This document shows positions 38,300-48,200 of a stretch of DNA of 64,000 nucleotides, piece by piece. The notes beneath the pieces were generated by a model. The model saw nothing but the letters and a program-made list of their open reading frames with translations, had not been told where the DNA came from and did no database searches. The first letter of the stretch is position 1; each line of letters opens with the position of its first letter. The DNA lies in contig RFNZ01000002.1 of assembly GCA_009926935.1 (NCBI GenBank), positions 89,473 to 153,472 on the forward strand, in the 5' to 3' direction. The stretch comes from Pseudomonadota bacterium (lineage in GTDB: Bacteria > Pseudomonadota > Alphaproteobacteria > Micavibrionales > UBA1664). The position numbers were made by a program, and so were the translations under genes.

Positions 38300-39057
38300 G
38301 GTAGTAAGCTTGTGTATATAGGCGCGCGCTTGACCGCATCGCCTAGGGCATCGGCCAGTGATTGCGAAAGGCACCTATAGCTCCAGTCATTCATATGGAT
38401 GTTATCGGGGTGCGAAAAAACCGAAAATGGCAAAATATCTTTAAAGCGCCAGCGCTCCATAAGCTCATTACGCCGGAAAATGCCGATTTTGTACCTGAGG
38501 CCGATTTTTTCAAGCGTCTCGCGCATCACCGCCGCATGCGGTTTTGTGATGACTCCCTGCACAAACTGGTCATTCATCAGAATAACCTCGATGCCGCGGG
38601 CCTGCATTCTTTGTATAGCCTCGACAATCTTGGCCTCGGCGGCTTCAACCGATTGACTGCGCAAAACCGTGTTGGTGCTTGGCTGAAAAATAATAAGATC
38701 CGGCTTTTCCGCAAACACATCATCAAGTCGTGCCATCATATCCTGTACGGTCTCGCCGCCCACGCCTTTGTTGACGACAGTGATACTCAATCGCGGATAA
38801 AGCGCCTTTAACTCAACCTCCAGCCGGCTTGGGTAGTTAGATGCAGTATCGGTAGCACCAGCCCCCGCTGTCGATGACGATCCGAGCGCTACAATTTTAA
38901 TAGGCAGGCCATAAACGGTTTTTTCGGCAAGTCTTGGTAAAGTGTAATCAAGTTTTGTCACATCAGGATGCGTATGGCATTCCTGCCCGCGGACCTGTGT
39001 TGCGGATGCCGCAAGCAAAGCAAACGAAGCAGCGAGGGTCACGGCAAGCCTGTTCAT
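38296..39057 (-). CDS. Secreted SGNH/GDSL-family hydrolase
   Basis: The true start is [24 protein letters not shown] (signal peptide) at 39057, with an ATGA overlap with the proA stop. Blocks [13 protein letters not shown] and DNIHMN are present. The Cys/Arg-rich N-terminal extension in the track ORF is proA antisense-frame noise. Confidence 0.7.
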   Translation of the reverse strand: MNRLAVTLAASFALLAASATQVRGQECHTHPDVTKLDYTLPRLAEKTVYGLPIKIVALGSSSTAGAGATDTASNYPSRLEVELKALYPRLSITVVNKGVGGETVQDMMARLDDVFAEKPDLIIFQPSTNTVLRSQSVEAAEAKIVEAIQRMQARGIEVILMNDQFVQGVITKPHAAVMRETLEKIGLRYKIGIFRRNELMERWRFKDILPFSVFSHPDNIHMNDWSYRCLSQSLADALGDAVKRAPIYTSLLP

Positions 39058-40313
39058 GCCCTTACCTGCCCCGCACCATAAACGCGGTATTGCGTTGTCG
39101 TCAGTTGCTCGGCGCCCACAGGTCCGCGCGCATGCATGCGGCCTGTAGCAATCCCGATTTCGGCACCAAAACCGAATTCGCCGCCATCCGCAAACTGTGT
39201 CGATGCATTGTGCAGCACGATGGCTGAATCCACTTCCCGCTGAAATTTTTCGGCAACCGCCTTGTCGTTCGTAACAATACTGTCTGTGTGGTGCGAGCCA
39301 TACATATTTATATGTGCAATCGCAGCATCTACGCCGTCTACAACACGCACGGCAATAACGGCATCGAGATATTCTGTTTTCCAGTCGTCTTCGGTAGCTG
39401 CGGTTACACGCGCATCGATCTTCAGGCTGTCCGCATCGCCGTGCACGGCACAACCTGCATCCAGAAGCATTTTTACCAAAGATGCCAAATGCGTTGAAGC
39501 ACAGGCGCGGTCAACCAGCAGTGTTTCGGCAGCCCCACAAATTCCCGTGCGCCGCATTTTGGAATTCAAAACAATTGCACGCGCCATTTCAAGGTTGGCT
39601 GCACCGTCCACATACACATGGCAAATACCCTCTAGGTGGGCAAATACAGGCACGCGTGCCTCCGTCTGCACACGGGCAACAAGTGATTTTCCGCCGCGCG
39701 GCACAATCACATCGATGTTACCCTCTAGGCCAGCAAGCATCATCCCGACAGCCTCACGGTCTGTTGTCGGCACAAGCGATATTGCCGCTTCAGGCAACTG
39801 GCTTTTGCGTAAGCCCGCCTGCAACGCCTTATGGATGGCAACCGACGTACCGTATGAATCTGATCCCGGGCGCAGTATCACGGCATTTCCTGATTTAAGG
39901 CATAACGCCGCGGCATCTGCCGTCACATTAGGGCGGCTTTCAAAAATAACACCCACAACGCCAAGCGGCACACGCACTTGGGCAATACGCAACCCGTTCG
40001 GGCGCATCCATTCCTTGACAACACTGCCAACAGGGTCAGGGATGTCGGTAATAGCAACGATGCTTTCAGCAATCGCCTGCAAGCGTTTGGCATCAAGCGA
40101 GAGGCGATCAAGATACGCGGCTTTGACACCTGCTTTTTCAGCCGCTTCCCAATCTTTTTTATTGGCGGCTAAAATTTCGGAAGTGCTATTTGAAATTGCT
40201 TCCGCCATCGCCCATAGGGCACCGTTCTTGCGGTCGGGCGACACAAGCGCCATGGCACGCGCGGCAGCACGTGCCCCCTGCCCCAGTGCATTCATGTCGT
40301 CTGCCAAACTCAC
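39054..40313 (-). CDS. proA: Gamma-glutamyl phosphate reductase
   Basis: 419 aa, aldehyde-dehydrogenase fold. It has [10 protein letters not shown] and the catalytic [10 protein letters not shown] segment. It overlaps the proB stop by 4 nt. Confidence 0.93.
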   Translation of the reverse strand: MSLADDMNALGQGARAAARAMALVSPDRKNGALWAMAEAISNSTSEILAANKKDWEAAEKAGVKAAYLDRLSLDAKRLQAIAESIVAITDIPDPVGSVVKEWMRPNGLRIAQVRVPLGVVGVIFESRPNVTADAAALCLKSGNAVILRPGSDSYGTSVAIHKALQAGLRKSQLPEAAISLVPTTDREAVGMMLAGLEGNIDVIVPRGGKSLVARVQTEARVPVFAHLEGICHVYVDGAANLEMARAIVLNSKMRRTGICGAAETLLVDRACASTHLASLVKMLLDAGCAVHGDADSLKIDARVTAATEDDWKTEYLDAVIAVRVVDGVDAAIAHINMYGSHHTDSIVTNDKAVAEKFQREVDSAIVLHNASTQFADGGEFGFGAEIGIATGRMHARGPVGAEQLTTTQYRVYGAGQVRA

Positions 40314-41419
40314 AGCATCACCATGTCATCGCGGTGGACAAGCTCCTCGCGGAAAGGCTCGCCCAGAATACTTTCAATCTCAGCGCTTTTCTTGCCAACA
40401 ATTTTCTGGGCTTCTTCGGCATCATAGGCCACAAGACCGCGTGCGATATCACACCCATCCGTACCTCTGATGGCCAGTACGTCTCCCTTCTGGAATACGC
40501 CCTCAATGCCAACAACACCGGCAGGCAAAAGGCTCTTGCCGTTTTGCAGCGCCCTAACGGCACCTGCATCAATCGTCACAACACCAGCAGGCGACATCGC
40601 ACCCACAATCCAGGTTTTACGGGCCTGAAGCGGTGTCTCATGGGCCTTGAACACGGTGCACTTCCCGCCCTCTTCAATCGCGCGGATAGGGTGCTTGATC
40701 TTGCCGCTGGCAATCAACATGGTACAGCCGGAGGCCGTTGCGATTTTGGCGGCATCGACTTTTGTCTTCATACCCCCGCGCGATAACTCAGACGCAGCCC
40801 CGCCGGCCATCGCCTCGATCTCGGGCGTGATTTTTTCGATGACCGACAAAAATTCGGCAGATGAATCCGTTTGGGGGTTTGCAGTATACATACCCTCAAT
40901 ATCGGAAAGCAGAATAAGCCCGTCCGCCTCAGCCATACCTGCAACGCGGGCCGCCAGCCTGTCATTATCACCGTAGCGGATTTCGGTCGTGGCAACCGTA
41001 TCGTTTTCATTGATAACAGGCACACACCCCATAGAGAGTAATGTGGACATTGTCGCCCGCGCGTTCAAGTAACGGCGGCGCTCTTCCGTATCGCCAAACG
41101 TAAGCAGTATCTGTGCAGCTCGCAGCCCATGGTTCATGAGAGCCGTCGTCCACGAAGCTGAAAGCGCTATTTGACCGACAGCCGCCGCAGCCTGTGATTG
41201 GTCAAGCGTAAGGGCACCCTTGGGCAGCTTCAGTAAATGCCTGCCAAGCGCAATAGCGCCAGATGATACAACAATGACCTGCGCGCCCTTGCCCGCCAGT
41301 TCTGCAATGTCATCACACAATGCATTAAGCCACGGTGTTTTTGGTATGCCGTTTTGCTGATCAACAAGCAAAGCCGATCCAACCTTGATAACAACACGTT
41401 TAAAGGATGCAGGATTCAT
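40310..41419 (-). CDS. proB: Glutamate 5-kinase (with PUA domain)
   Basis: VIKVGSALL, the amino-acid kinase core (GDNDRLAA), and a C-terminal PUA-like [15 protein letters not shown]. Confidence 0.93.
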   Translation of the reverse strand: MNPASFKRVVIKVGSALLVDQQNGIPKTPWLNALCDDIAELAGKGAQVIVVSSGAIALGRHLLKLPKGALTLDQSQAAAAVGQIALSASWTTALMNHGLRAAQILLTFGDTEERRRYLNARATMSTLLSMGCVPVINENDTVATTEIRYGDNDRLAARVAGMAEADGLILLSDIEGMYTANPQTDSSAEFLSVIEKITPEIEAMAGGAASELSRGGMKTKVDAAKIATASGCTMLIASGKIKHPIRAIEEGGKCTVFKAHETPLQARKTWIVGAMSPAGVVTIDAGAVRALQNGKSLLPAGVVGIEGVFQKGDVLAIRGTDGCDIARGLVAYDAEEAQKIVGKKSAEIESILGEPFREELVHRDDMVML

Positions 41420-42006
41420 TATATCCCCAGCGTCTCCGACCAGCGTTCGGTGCGGTCAAGCGCACGATCAAGCGCTGCCATCGTCTTGGCCATGTCGGCG
41501 CTAGCGTCATCTTTCCAGATACGTAGTACGTATAAATAGATGGCCGATAGGCCAGCGACGCGTAACGCGCCCTTCCAACCTATTGTTTCAATGTTGCAGG
41601 CTTCCAGCATCCACGTCATGGAGCGGCCGAGATGCGGCAGCGCAATCACCATCTGTTTCGGGTCCGCGCACAAACTGCCAATGATCGATACAACCGCATC
41701 GCGGTCACGGTTCAGGCGGTCAAACCGCTCCATCAAAATATCAAACAGCTTGTCGCGGTGACTGCCGTCAATCGCGGTATCATGGCTTTCCAGTACATCG
41801 GCATCAATGCGGCGGCCATAGGCGGATAATATGTCCTCCCGCCCGTCAAACATCCGCGCAAGGTCGGATAGGCTGATACCGGCCCCATCCGCAATATCGG
41901 CTAGGGTTACGTTTGCCCAGTCGCGGGCGGCCGCCAGATGCAGGGCCGCGTTGATAACTGCCCCCCTCGGGTCGGAATGCGCTTGTTTTTGTCTTTTCGA
42001 TGCCAT
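41419..42006 (-). CDS. TetR/AcrR-family transcriptional regulator
   Basis: Start MASKRQKQ at 42006. HTH segment [21 protein letters not shown]. Its stop overlaps the proB ATG (TAATG). Confidence 0.7.
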   Translation of the reverse strand: MASKRQKQAHSDPRGAVINAALHLAAARDWANVTLADIADGAGISLSDLARMFDGREDILSAYGRRIDADVLESHDTAIDGSHRDKLFDILMERFDRLNRDRDAVVSIIGSLCADPKQMVIALPHLGRSMTWMLEACNIETIGWKGALRVAGLSAIYLYVLRIWKDDASADMAKTMAALDRALDRTERWSETLGI

Positions 42007-42050
42007 AGACGCTCTATAGCATAAGCAAAAACAGACAGGAAACACCGATA

Positions 42051-43046
42051 ATGCCAAAAACATACGAACTAACAGGTCTCGGCAATGCCATCGTTGACGT
42101 CATCGCCAACGGAACGGACGATTTTCTGGCCAAACACGGCATCATCAAAGGCGCCATGAACCTGGTCGACGCCGAGCGATCCAAGTATCTCTACGATGCC
42201 ATTGGCACCGCAAGGCAGGTATCAGGCGGCTCCGCGGCCAATACCATGGCGGGTTTTGCCTCTCTTGGCGGCAAGGGCGCGTATTTGGGCAAAGTGGCCG
42301 ATGATCAGCTGGGTGAGTTTTTCGCCCACGACATGCGTGCAGGCGGCATCCATTTTGACTGCACACCACTCAAAAACGGCCCCGCCACCGCCCGCTGCAT
42401 GATTATCGTAACCCCTGATGCGCAGCGCTCCATGAACACATACCTGGGCGCCTGCGTCGAATTCTCGGAAGAAGACGTAGATGAATCTCTGATAGCTGAT
42501 TCAAAAATCATCTACCTTGAAGGCTATCTCTTCGATAAACCGACCGCAAAAATGGCCTACCTCAAAGCCACCAAAAAGGCCCGTGCGGCTGGCACAAAAG
42601 TTTCGCTTACGCTTTCTGATAGCTTTTGTGTTGAGCGCCACCGTGCCGATTTCCAAAAACTGATCGCCGATGAAACCGATATATTATTCGCAAACGAAGC
42701 CGAAATTTTGGCGATGTACCAAACAACATCCTTTGAAGATGCAGTAAAAGCCGTGCGCGGCAAATGCGATGTTGTGGCCATCACCCGCAGCGAAAAAGGC
42801 TCGGTCATCGTAACGGCGACTGAAACAATCGAGGTACCGGTCCAGCCCGTTGCCCACGTGGCCGATACAACGGGCGCGGGCGACCAATACGCGGCAGGCT
42901 TTCTGTTCGGTTACGCCCGTAACATGCCGCTTGCTACCTGCGGCGCTTTAGGTTCACTCGCCGCCGCCGAAGTTATTTCTCATGTGGGCCCCCGCCCCGA
43001 AACCTCGCTGGCACAACTCGCCCAACAACAAAAACTCGCCGCATGA
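42051..43046 (+). CDS. PfkB-family kinase (adenosine kinase-like)
   Basis: GGSAANT and DTTGAGDQYAAGFLFG PfkB signatures. 331 aa. The length and pattern are as in alphaproteobacterial adenosine-kinase-like proteins. Confidence 0.75.
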   Translation: MPKTYELTGLGNAIVDVIANGTDDFLAKHGIIKGAMNLVDAERSKYLYDAIGTARQVSGGSAANTMAGFASLGGKGAYLGKVADDQLGEFFAHDMRAGGIHFDCTPLKNGPATARCMIIVTPDAQRSMNTYLGACVEFSEEDVDESLIADSKIIYLEGYLFDKPTAKMAYLKATKKARAAGTKVSLTLSDSFCVERHRADFQKLIADETDILFANEAEILAMYQTTSFEDAVKAVRGKCDVVAITRSEKGSVIVTATETIEVPVQPVAHVADTTGAGDQYAAGFLFGYARNMPLATCGALGSLAAAEVISHVGPRPETSLAQLAQQQKLAA

Positions 43047-44788
43047 TTTTTTTAAAACACAGAGCACACAGAGATCACAGCGACATTTACTCAAGCTTCG
43101 CTGTGCGCGCTGTGGTCGCTGTGTTTAATATTCTTTTTATCTTTATTTATATTTTTAGCGCCCATGCTGCCGACAAAACCGTGCACGCGCTCGCCATGCA
43201 CGGCGCACCAAAGTATGACGTAAAAGCAACGCAGCTTGATTACATTGATACAGCCGCAAAAAAAGGCGGCACCCTCACCCAAAGCGTCGCGGGTACATTC
43301 GATACCCTCAACCCCTTCACCCTCAAAGGCAAACCCGCGCAAGGGCTGGACTACGTGTACGATAGGCTGGCCGCAAGGGTGTGGGATGAGCCGTTTACAC
43401 TTTACGGCCTCATCGCCAAAGAAATGGTGGTGCCTGAAGACAGGTCATCCATCACTTTCATTCTGGACCCCAAAGCAAAGTTCCACGACAAAACATCCAT
43501 CACTGCCGATGATGTAAAGTTTAGTTACGAAACACTGAAGCAATACGGCCGTCCAAACATGCGCCGCGTCTACGGCCTTGTTAAAAAAGTGACCATAGAA
43601 AACCCGCGCCGCATCAAATTCGATTTAGGGCCGGGTTACGACCGCGAGACAGTGATGATCCTCGCGATGATGCCCGTGCTGCCAAAGCACGATTGGGCTG
43701 GGCGTGATTTCAATTCAACCACACTGCAAATCCCCGTGGGCTCAGGCCCCTATCGCATCAAAAACGTGGGCATTGGCCGTAAAATTGAATACGAACGCGT
43801 AAAAGACGACTGGGCGGCAGACCACATCACCCGCAAAGGCCACTTTAATTTCGACACACTGGTATTCGATTATTACCGCGATGATGCCGTAGCGCTCGAG
43901 GCCTTCAAAGCGCATGAAGTCGATGTTCGCCGCGAATTCGATACCGCAAAATGGCAAACCGCCTATAAGGGCCTGCCCCAAAGCGTAAAGCTAGAGCCCC
44001 TGCCCCATGGCCGCCCTGAGTGGGTGAAGGGTTTTATCTTCAACCTTCGCCGCCCGCCGTTTGATGACATACGGGTGCGCAAGGCCCTCAACCTCGCCTT
44101 CGATGCCGACTTCGTCAATCAAACGCTCTATCGCGGCCAAGCCAAGCGCATCACAAGCACCTTCCCGAATACCGAACTCGCGGCAAACATGCTCCCGCCC
44201 GCTCCCGAAAGGCGAGAGGCGATGAAACAGGCAGACGCCCTGCTGGATGAAGCAGGCTACGTTGTACAGGCAGGCAAGCGTGTTAAAAAGGCTGATGGGA
44301 GACCGCTGACATTCCAAATCCTGCTGGCCTCGGCTCAAGATGAAAAAACGGCACTGGCCTTAACTGGCGGCCTCAAAAAACTGGGTATCGATGCCACCAT
44401 ACGCACCGTCGATGCCGCGCAATTTGCAGGCGCCCTTGCGACGTATGATTACGACATGGTGCTCCATTACTGGATAAACAGCCTCTCCCCCGGTACTGAA
44501 CAGGTACTCTATTGGGGCTGTGACCAATCGGGCCTCGGCGGCGGCAAAAACTACAGTGGCGTCTGTGACCCAGTCATAGACGAGGCCGCAAAGGCCATAG
44601 CCGCTGCTGTAAGCCGCCGTGATCTCTTACAAGCCGCCCGTAACCTCGATAAACTGGTAATGGATCAGACCCTCTTTATCCCGCTTTTTACGATCGGGCT
44701 CGATTACTGGGCCTCGTGGTCCAACGTTGTCCACCCCAAACAGACCCCGCTCTACGGCCAAGTCCTTGAAACATGGTGGGCACGTTGA
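43043..44788 (+). CDS. ABC-transporter family-5 periplasmic substrate-binding protein (YejA/OppA-like), with no adjacent permease genes
   Basis: 581 aa. The mature region begins ADKTVHALAMHGAPKY, as in YejA-like proteins. The signal peptide VRAVVAVFNILFIFIYIFSAHA suggests the real start may be the GTG at 43103. Confidence 0.75.
   Translation: MIFLKHRAHRDHSDIYSSFAVRAVVAVFNILFIFIYIFSAHAADKTVHALAMHGAPKYDVKATQLDYIDTAAKKGGTLTQSVAGTFDTLNPFTLKGKPAQGLDYVYDRLAARVWDEPFTLYGLIAKEMVVPEDRSSITFILDPKAKFHDKTSITADDVKFSYETLKQYGRPNMRRVYGLVKKVTIENPRRIKFDLGPGYDRETVMILAMMPVLPKHDWAGRDFNSTTLQIPVGSGPYRIKNVGIGRKIEYERVKDDWAADHITRKGHFNFDTLVFDYYRDDAVALEAFKAHEVDVRREFDTAKWQTAYKGLPQSVKLEPLPHGRPEWVKGFIFNLRRPPFDDIRVRKALNLAFDADFVNQTLYRGQAKRITSTFPNTELAANMLPPAPERREAMKQADALLDEAGYVVQAGKRVKKADGRPLTFQILLASAQDEKTALALTGGLKKLGIDATIRTVDAAQFAGALATYDYDMVLHYWINSLSPGTEQVLYWGCDQSGLGGGKNYSGVCDPVIDEAAKAIAAAVSRRDLLQAARNLDKLVMDQTLFIPLFTIGLDYWASWSNVVHPKQTPLYGQVLETWWAR
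43052..43128. repeat. CACAG-repeat palindrome spanning the annotated 5' end of the binding-protein gene
   Basis: ttaaaacacagagcacacagagatcacagcg (43052-43082) and cgctgtgcgcgctgtggtcgctgtgtttaa (43099-43128) are imperfect inverted copies built from CACAG(N)G units. Confidence 0.7.
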
Positions 44789-44821
44789 TATGGTCATAAA
44801 AATTCATTTAAAGGCGGATTC

Positions 44822-45403
44822 GTGATGAAAAAACTGTTGCTGTTGGGTGTAACGACAATTTTGATGGCCGGATGCTCATGGGCACCTGATTGGGCACCGA
44901 GGGTCTCGGGCTCAAACAGTGGCGTATCCCCATCACAGGCAGCCGCAATTGAAAAACAGGTCCGCGAGCGCGCCGATTACTGGCAGCGCGCCGACCGCGT
45001 ATCGGCTGAACACATGGTAGGCCCTCAGGCCCAGCATACCCTGCACAGCGATATTTCAAGATGCGTGGCTGAAGTCCGTGAAATGGTTCGCCTTGGCTCG
45101 ATCCGTCAGGCCCAACCGCCAAAAGGCGTCCCGATGGATCCTGAACTCAAGTCAGGCTGGGGCCCCGTTACCCGCAACGGCCCCTTGTATATGGAGTATA
45201 CGCCCTATCAGGATTTTGACTCCTGCATGATGACCAAAGGCTGGGCCCGCGTTGACTTCGTAAGGCCTGTCGTAGCCGACCAGGCCGCGCACAACTACAA
45301 CGGCACCATTCTGGGCATGACAGCAGGCATGGCACCACGTACAACCGCTCGTTACGGAACATACGGCAACGATCAACGTGAGCGCAGCCGTTTTAACAAG
45401 TAA
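44822..45403 (+). CDS. Putative lipoprotein
   Basis: GTG start. MMKKLLLLGVTTILMAGCS lipobox. 193 aa, with no recognised domain. Confidence 0.55.
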   Translation: MMKKLLLLGVTTILMAGCSWAPDWAPRVSGSNSGVSPSQAAAIEKQVRERADYWQRADRVSAEHMVGPQAQHTLHSDISRCVAEVREMVRLGSIRQAQPPKGVPMDPELKSGWGPVTRNGPLYMEYTPYQDFDSCMMTKGWARVDFVRPVVADQAAHNYNGTILGMTAGMAPRTTARYGTYGNDQRERSRFNK

Positions 45404-45422
45404 AAAAACCGGAAAGTGAAAA

Positions 45423-46079
45423 ATGAAATTTTTTGTCGATACAGGTGAAATCAACGAGATCCGCGAGCTAGCATCAACCGGCATGCTGGATGGCGTAACC
45501 ACCAACCCGTCTCTCATCGCGAAATCCGGCAAGCAGTTTCTTCCGTTGATCGAGGAGATTTGCTCCGTTGTCAAAGGCCCCGTATCGGCCGAGGTTGCAT
45601 CAACCGACTTCGAGACCATGCAAAAAGAAGCTGACAAGCTTGCTAAAATCGCAAAGAACATCGCGGTCAAAGTGCCTCTTACCGAGGCCGGTCTTAAAGT
45701 CTGCCGCAACTTGGCCGACAAGGGCATCATGGTCAACGTCACACTGTGCTTTTCAGCCGTACAGGCCATTCTGGCCGCAAAGGCAGGCGCGGCTTTTGTA
45801 TCCCCCTTCATTGGCCGTTTGGATGATATAGGCCAGGACGGCATGCAGCTGATCGCCGACATCCGCCAGATCTACGATAACTACCCCCACTTCAAAACCG
45901 AGATTCTCGCGGCATCCATCCGCCATCCGCAGCACGTTTTAATGGCCGCGAAAATGGGCGCCGATGTTGCAACCATTCCGGCATCCACCATCAAGGCGCT
46001 TTACAAACACCCGCTGACCGACAAGGGCATTGCAACTTTTGTCGATGACTGGAAAAAAACCGGCCAAAGCATCCTGTGA
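45423..46079 (+). CDS. tal: Transaldolase (short, fructose-6-phosphate aldolase-type)
   Basis: [31 protein letters not shown], the Schiff-base Lys context IAVKVP, and [10 protein letters not shown]. 218 aa. Confidence 0.93.
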   Translation: MKFFVDTGEINEIRELASTGMLDGVTTNPSLIAKSGKQFLPLIEEICSVVKGPVSAEVASTDFETMQKEADKLAKIAKNIAVKVPLTEAGLKVCRNLADKGIMVNVTLCFSAVQAILAAKAGAAFVSPFIGRLDDIGQDGMQLIADIRQIYDNYPHFKTEILAASIRHPQHVLMAAKMGADVATIPASTIKALYKHPLTDKGIATFVDDWKKTGQSIL

Positions 46080-46360
46080 AATTTTTAGCGGCACTCGGTC
46101 TCGTAACCTTGCTGGGATTGAGTGCACCGGCAGGTGCGCAAATCCTTATGTACGGCGGCGTGCCCTGTACCAAAGATTGTTCAGGCCACGAGGCAGGCTA
46201 CAACTGGGCAAAAGCCAAAAACATTACGGACCCCAAACAATGCGGCGGCAACTCAAACTCCTTCAACGAGGGATGCCGCGTCTGGGCCGAACTGCAAATG
46301 CTTTCAAAAGATCTCGAAGAATCAAAAAAAGAAAATCAGGAGCCAAGCGCCCCCCAGTGA
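46076..46360 (+). CDS. Small secreted Cys-containing hypothetical protein
   Basis: The GTG start overlaps the tal stop (GTGA). Signal peptide [20 protein letters not shown]. Mature region [34 protein letters not shown]. Confidence 0.5.
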   Translation: MKFLAALGLVTLLGLSAPAGAQILMYGGVPCTKDCSGHEAGYNWAKAKNITDPKQCGGNSNSFNEGCRVWAELQMLSKDLEESKKENQEPSAPQ

Positions 46361-46809
46361 GCGCTTAAAAAAGTCGCTATCCCAAGCCCCGGCTTGTAAG
46401 GGTATCGATCCTCAAAAGCCTTACGCGCAACCTCATAGCTTTCGTCGGGTATCAACCGCAATCTTTTGGCCGCATACAAAAGCGCAAGCGAAGGCGCGCG
46501 CGATTCCCCCTTGTTGCAATGGATAAGCACGGGCCGCAAAGCAATCTCGCGGTCAACGAATGCAAAAAAAAGCGCAAAGCTCTCGGGCTTAAACAACGGC
46601 ACAGGCGGATCAACAAGGTTCAGATACAAATGCCGCTCACGTTCAAACGCAAGATACGACGGATGTGTATTGGGCAAATTTTTCTCGTATCCAACAACGC
46701 TGCGATGGCACGGGTCTTTGCATGCATGCACATACGAAAGCGCAGGGTCGTCACCGCACCCGGCTAGATCGTCAAAAAAAAGTCGGTCGTGGATCTGGGT
46801 GCGCGGCAT
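46336..46809 (-). CDS. Cys-based (CX5R) dual-specificity/tyrosine phosphatase-like protein
   Basis: P-loop VLIHCNKGESRAPS (HCx5R[S/A]). 157 aa. No signal peptide seen. Confidence 0.65.
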   Translation of the reverse strand: MPRTQIHDRLFFDDLAGCGDDPALSYVHACKDPCHRSVVGYEKNLPNTHPSYLAFERERHLYLNLVDPPVPLFKPESFALFFAFVDREIALRPVLIHCNKGESRAPSLALLYAAKRLRLIPDESYEVARKAFEDRYPYKPGLGIATFLSAHWGALGS

Positions 46810-46893
46810 CCGCCAAACATAATCAATAGCGAGAACATTGTAAAGGTATTTATTCCTATTTTAAGTATCCGGCTAACCGTTATGGTATGTGCT

Positions 46894-47529
46894 ATGAAAT
46901 TTCGCCTAGCCCTATTGCTGTTTTCGGCACTCCTTGTAGCAGGGTGTTCAACCACCACGACACCCGACCGCTACTACAGCAAGCGCAACATAACCCCGCC
47001 CACCATGCAGGATTTTCCAAGCTGCCGCGGTTACGGCTGCACGTATGTTGATAGGGTCAGTTTTGCCAAGCGTGATTGGCGCGACATCAAAAAACTCTTT
47101 CCTGCCAAAACCGCTGAAAAAGAGCGCGCGCGGATAGCCAAAGCCATCGGCGTATTTGAGAAAAAGGTCGGGGCCAAAACCGGCACTCATGAAGACGTAC
47201 GAGATACATATATAAAAGGCGGCCCCTTCCAACAGGACTGCGTGGATGAAAGTACAAACACGACAACCTATTTGACCCTTCTCGAAAAAAAGGGCCTTCT
47301 CAAATTCCACACGGTTTCAGCGCCTAACTCACGGCTATTCTTCACATCGGGCAATCTGGGGCCGCACTCCACAGCAGTCATTGTTGATAAAAAGTCCGGC
47401 ACAAAGTACGCCGTCGATAGCTGGTTTCACGATAACGGTCATGATGCTGAAATCGTGACGCTCCCTGAATGGAAATCAGGCTGGGCCCCAAAAGAAAAAC
47501 CACAGAAAGCAAAGAAGACTAAAAAATGA
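46894..47529 (+). CDS. Putative lipoprotein (conserved-hypothetical type)
   Basis: Start MKFRLALLLFSALLVAGCSTT at 46894 (lipobox). Its stop overlaps the ATG of the next gene (ATGA). Confidence 0.6.
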   Translation: MKFRLALLLFSALLVAGCSTTTTPDRYYSKRNITPPTMQDFPSCRGYGCTYVDRVSFAKRDWRDIKKLFPAKTAEKERARIAKAIGVFEKKVGAKTGTHEDVRDTYIKGGPFQQDCVDESTNTTTYLTLLEKKGLLKFHTVSAPNSRLFFTSGNLGPHSTAVIVDKKSGTKYAVDSWFHDNGHDAEIVTLPEWKSGWAPKEKPQKAKKTKK

Positions 47530-48200
47530 GACGCATGTCGAATATAGCTAAATTTCTCGCAGCCTCTGTCATGATAGGCATTTCGAGTATTTCATCTGCA
47601 GATGACTGTCTCGCGCAGGATTATCTTGGGCATAAAGTTACGCTCATGGACCAAGATACCGAGGCAGCTTTGCTTGCAAAGCGCAACGGCCTCCCCCTCC
47701 CGCATAACGTCTATTACAACGGCAGTGCCAAGGCTGGCGATATCATCGTCAACATACAAACCCGCAGACTCTACCTGATAAATGGAGATGGTACCGCTCG
47801 TGAGTACCCAATTTCAGTTGGCAAACGCGGCTATGAAAGCCCGATAGGTGTCATAGCGGTGAGCCGTAAGGCCGAGGACCCGATTTGGATCCCGACGGAG
47901 CGCATGCGCCGTGAAAACCGTCGCTTGCCGAAGTTTGTAAAAGGTGGACACCCCAGTAATCCTTTAGGCCCGCGCGCGCTCTATTTGGGCGGGTCATTTT
48001 ACCGTATCCACGGAACCATAGACCGAAGCAGCATCGGCGAGGCTGCTTCAAAAGGTTGCTTCAGGATGTTTAATGAGGATGTCATTGATCTCTACCCCCG
48101 TGTGGCAATGGGCGCAAAAGTAACCATGATCCGCGCAGCAGTAACACCTGGCATCACCATACTCACAACCCAGGTGAAACTAAAAGGCCCTTACAACTAG
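47526..48200 (+). CDS. L,D-transpeptidase (YkuD domain)
   Basis: Signal peptide. The catalytic region is YRIHGTIDRSSIGEAASKGCFRM (H...G...SxGC[IF]RM). Confidence 0.85.
   Translation: MRRMSNIAKFLAASVMIGISSISSADDCLAQDYLGHKVTLMDQDTEAALLAKRNGLPLPHNVYYNGSAKAGDIIVNIQTRRLYLINGDGTAREYPISVGKRGYESPIGVIAVSRKAEDPIWIPTERMRRENRRLPKFVKGGHPSNPLGPRALYLGGSFYRIHGTIDRSSIGEAASKGCFRMFNEDVIDLYPRVAMGAKVTMIRAAVTPGITILTTQVKLKGPYN

Noticed and set aside
38296-39453. A 385-aa ORF with a striking Cys/Arg-rich N-terminus ([22 protein letters not shown]...), which could be mistaken for a novel Cys-rich peptide.
   Set aside because: That part overlaps the 3' end of proA in another frame. A signal-peptide start (MNRLAV...) sits exactly at the ATGA junction with the proA stop, so the real gene is 38296-39057.
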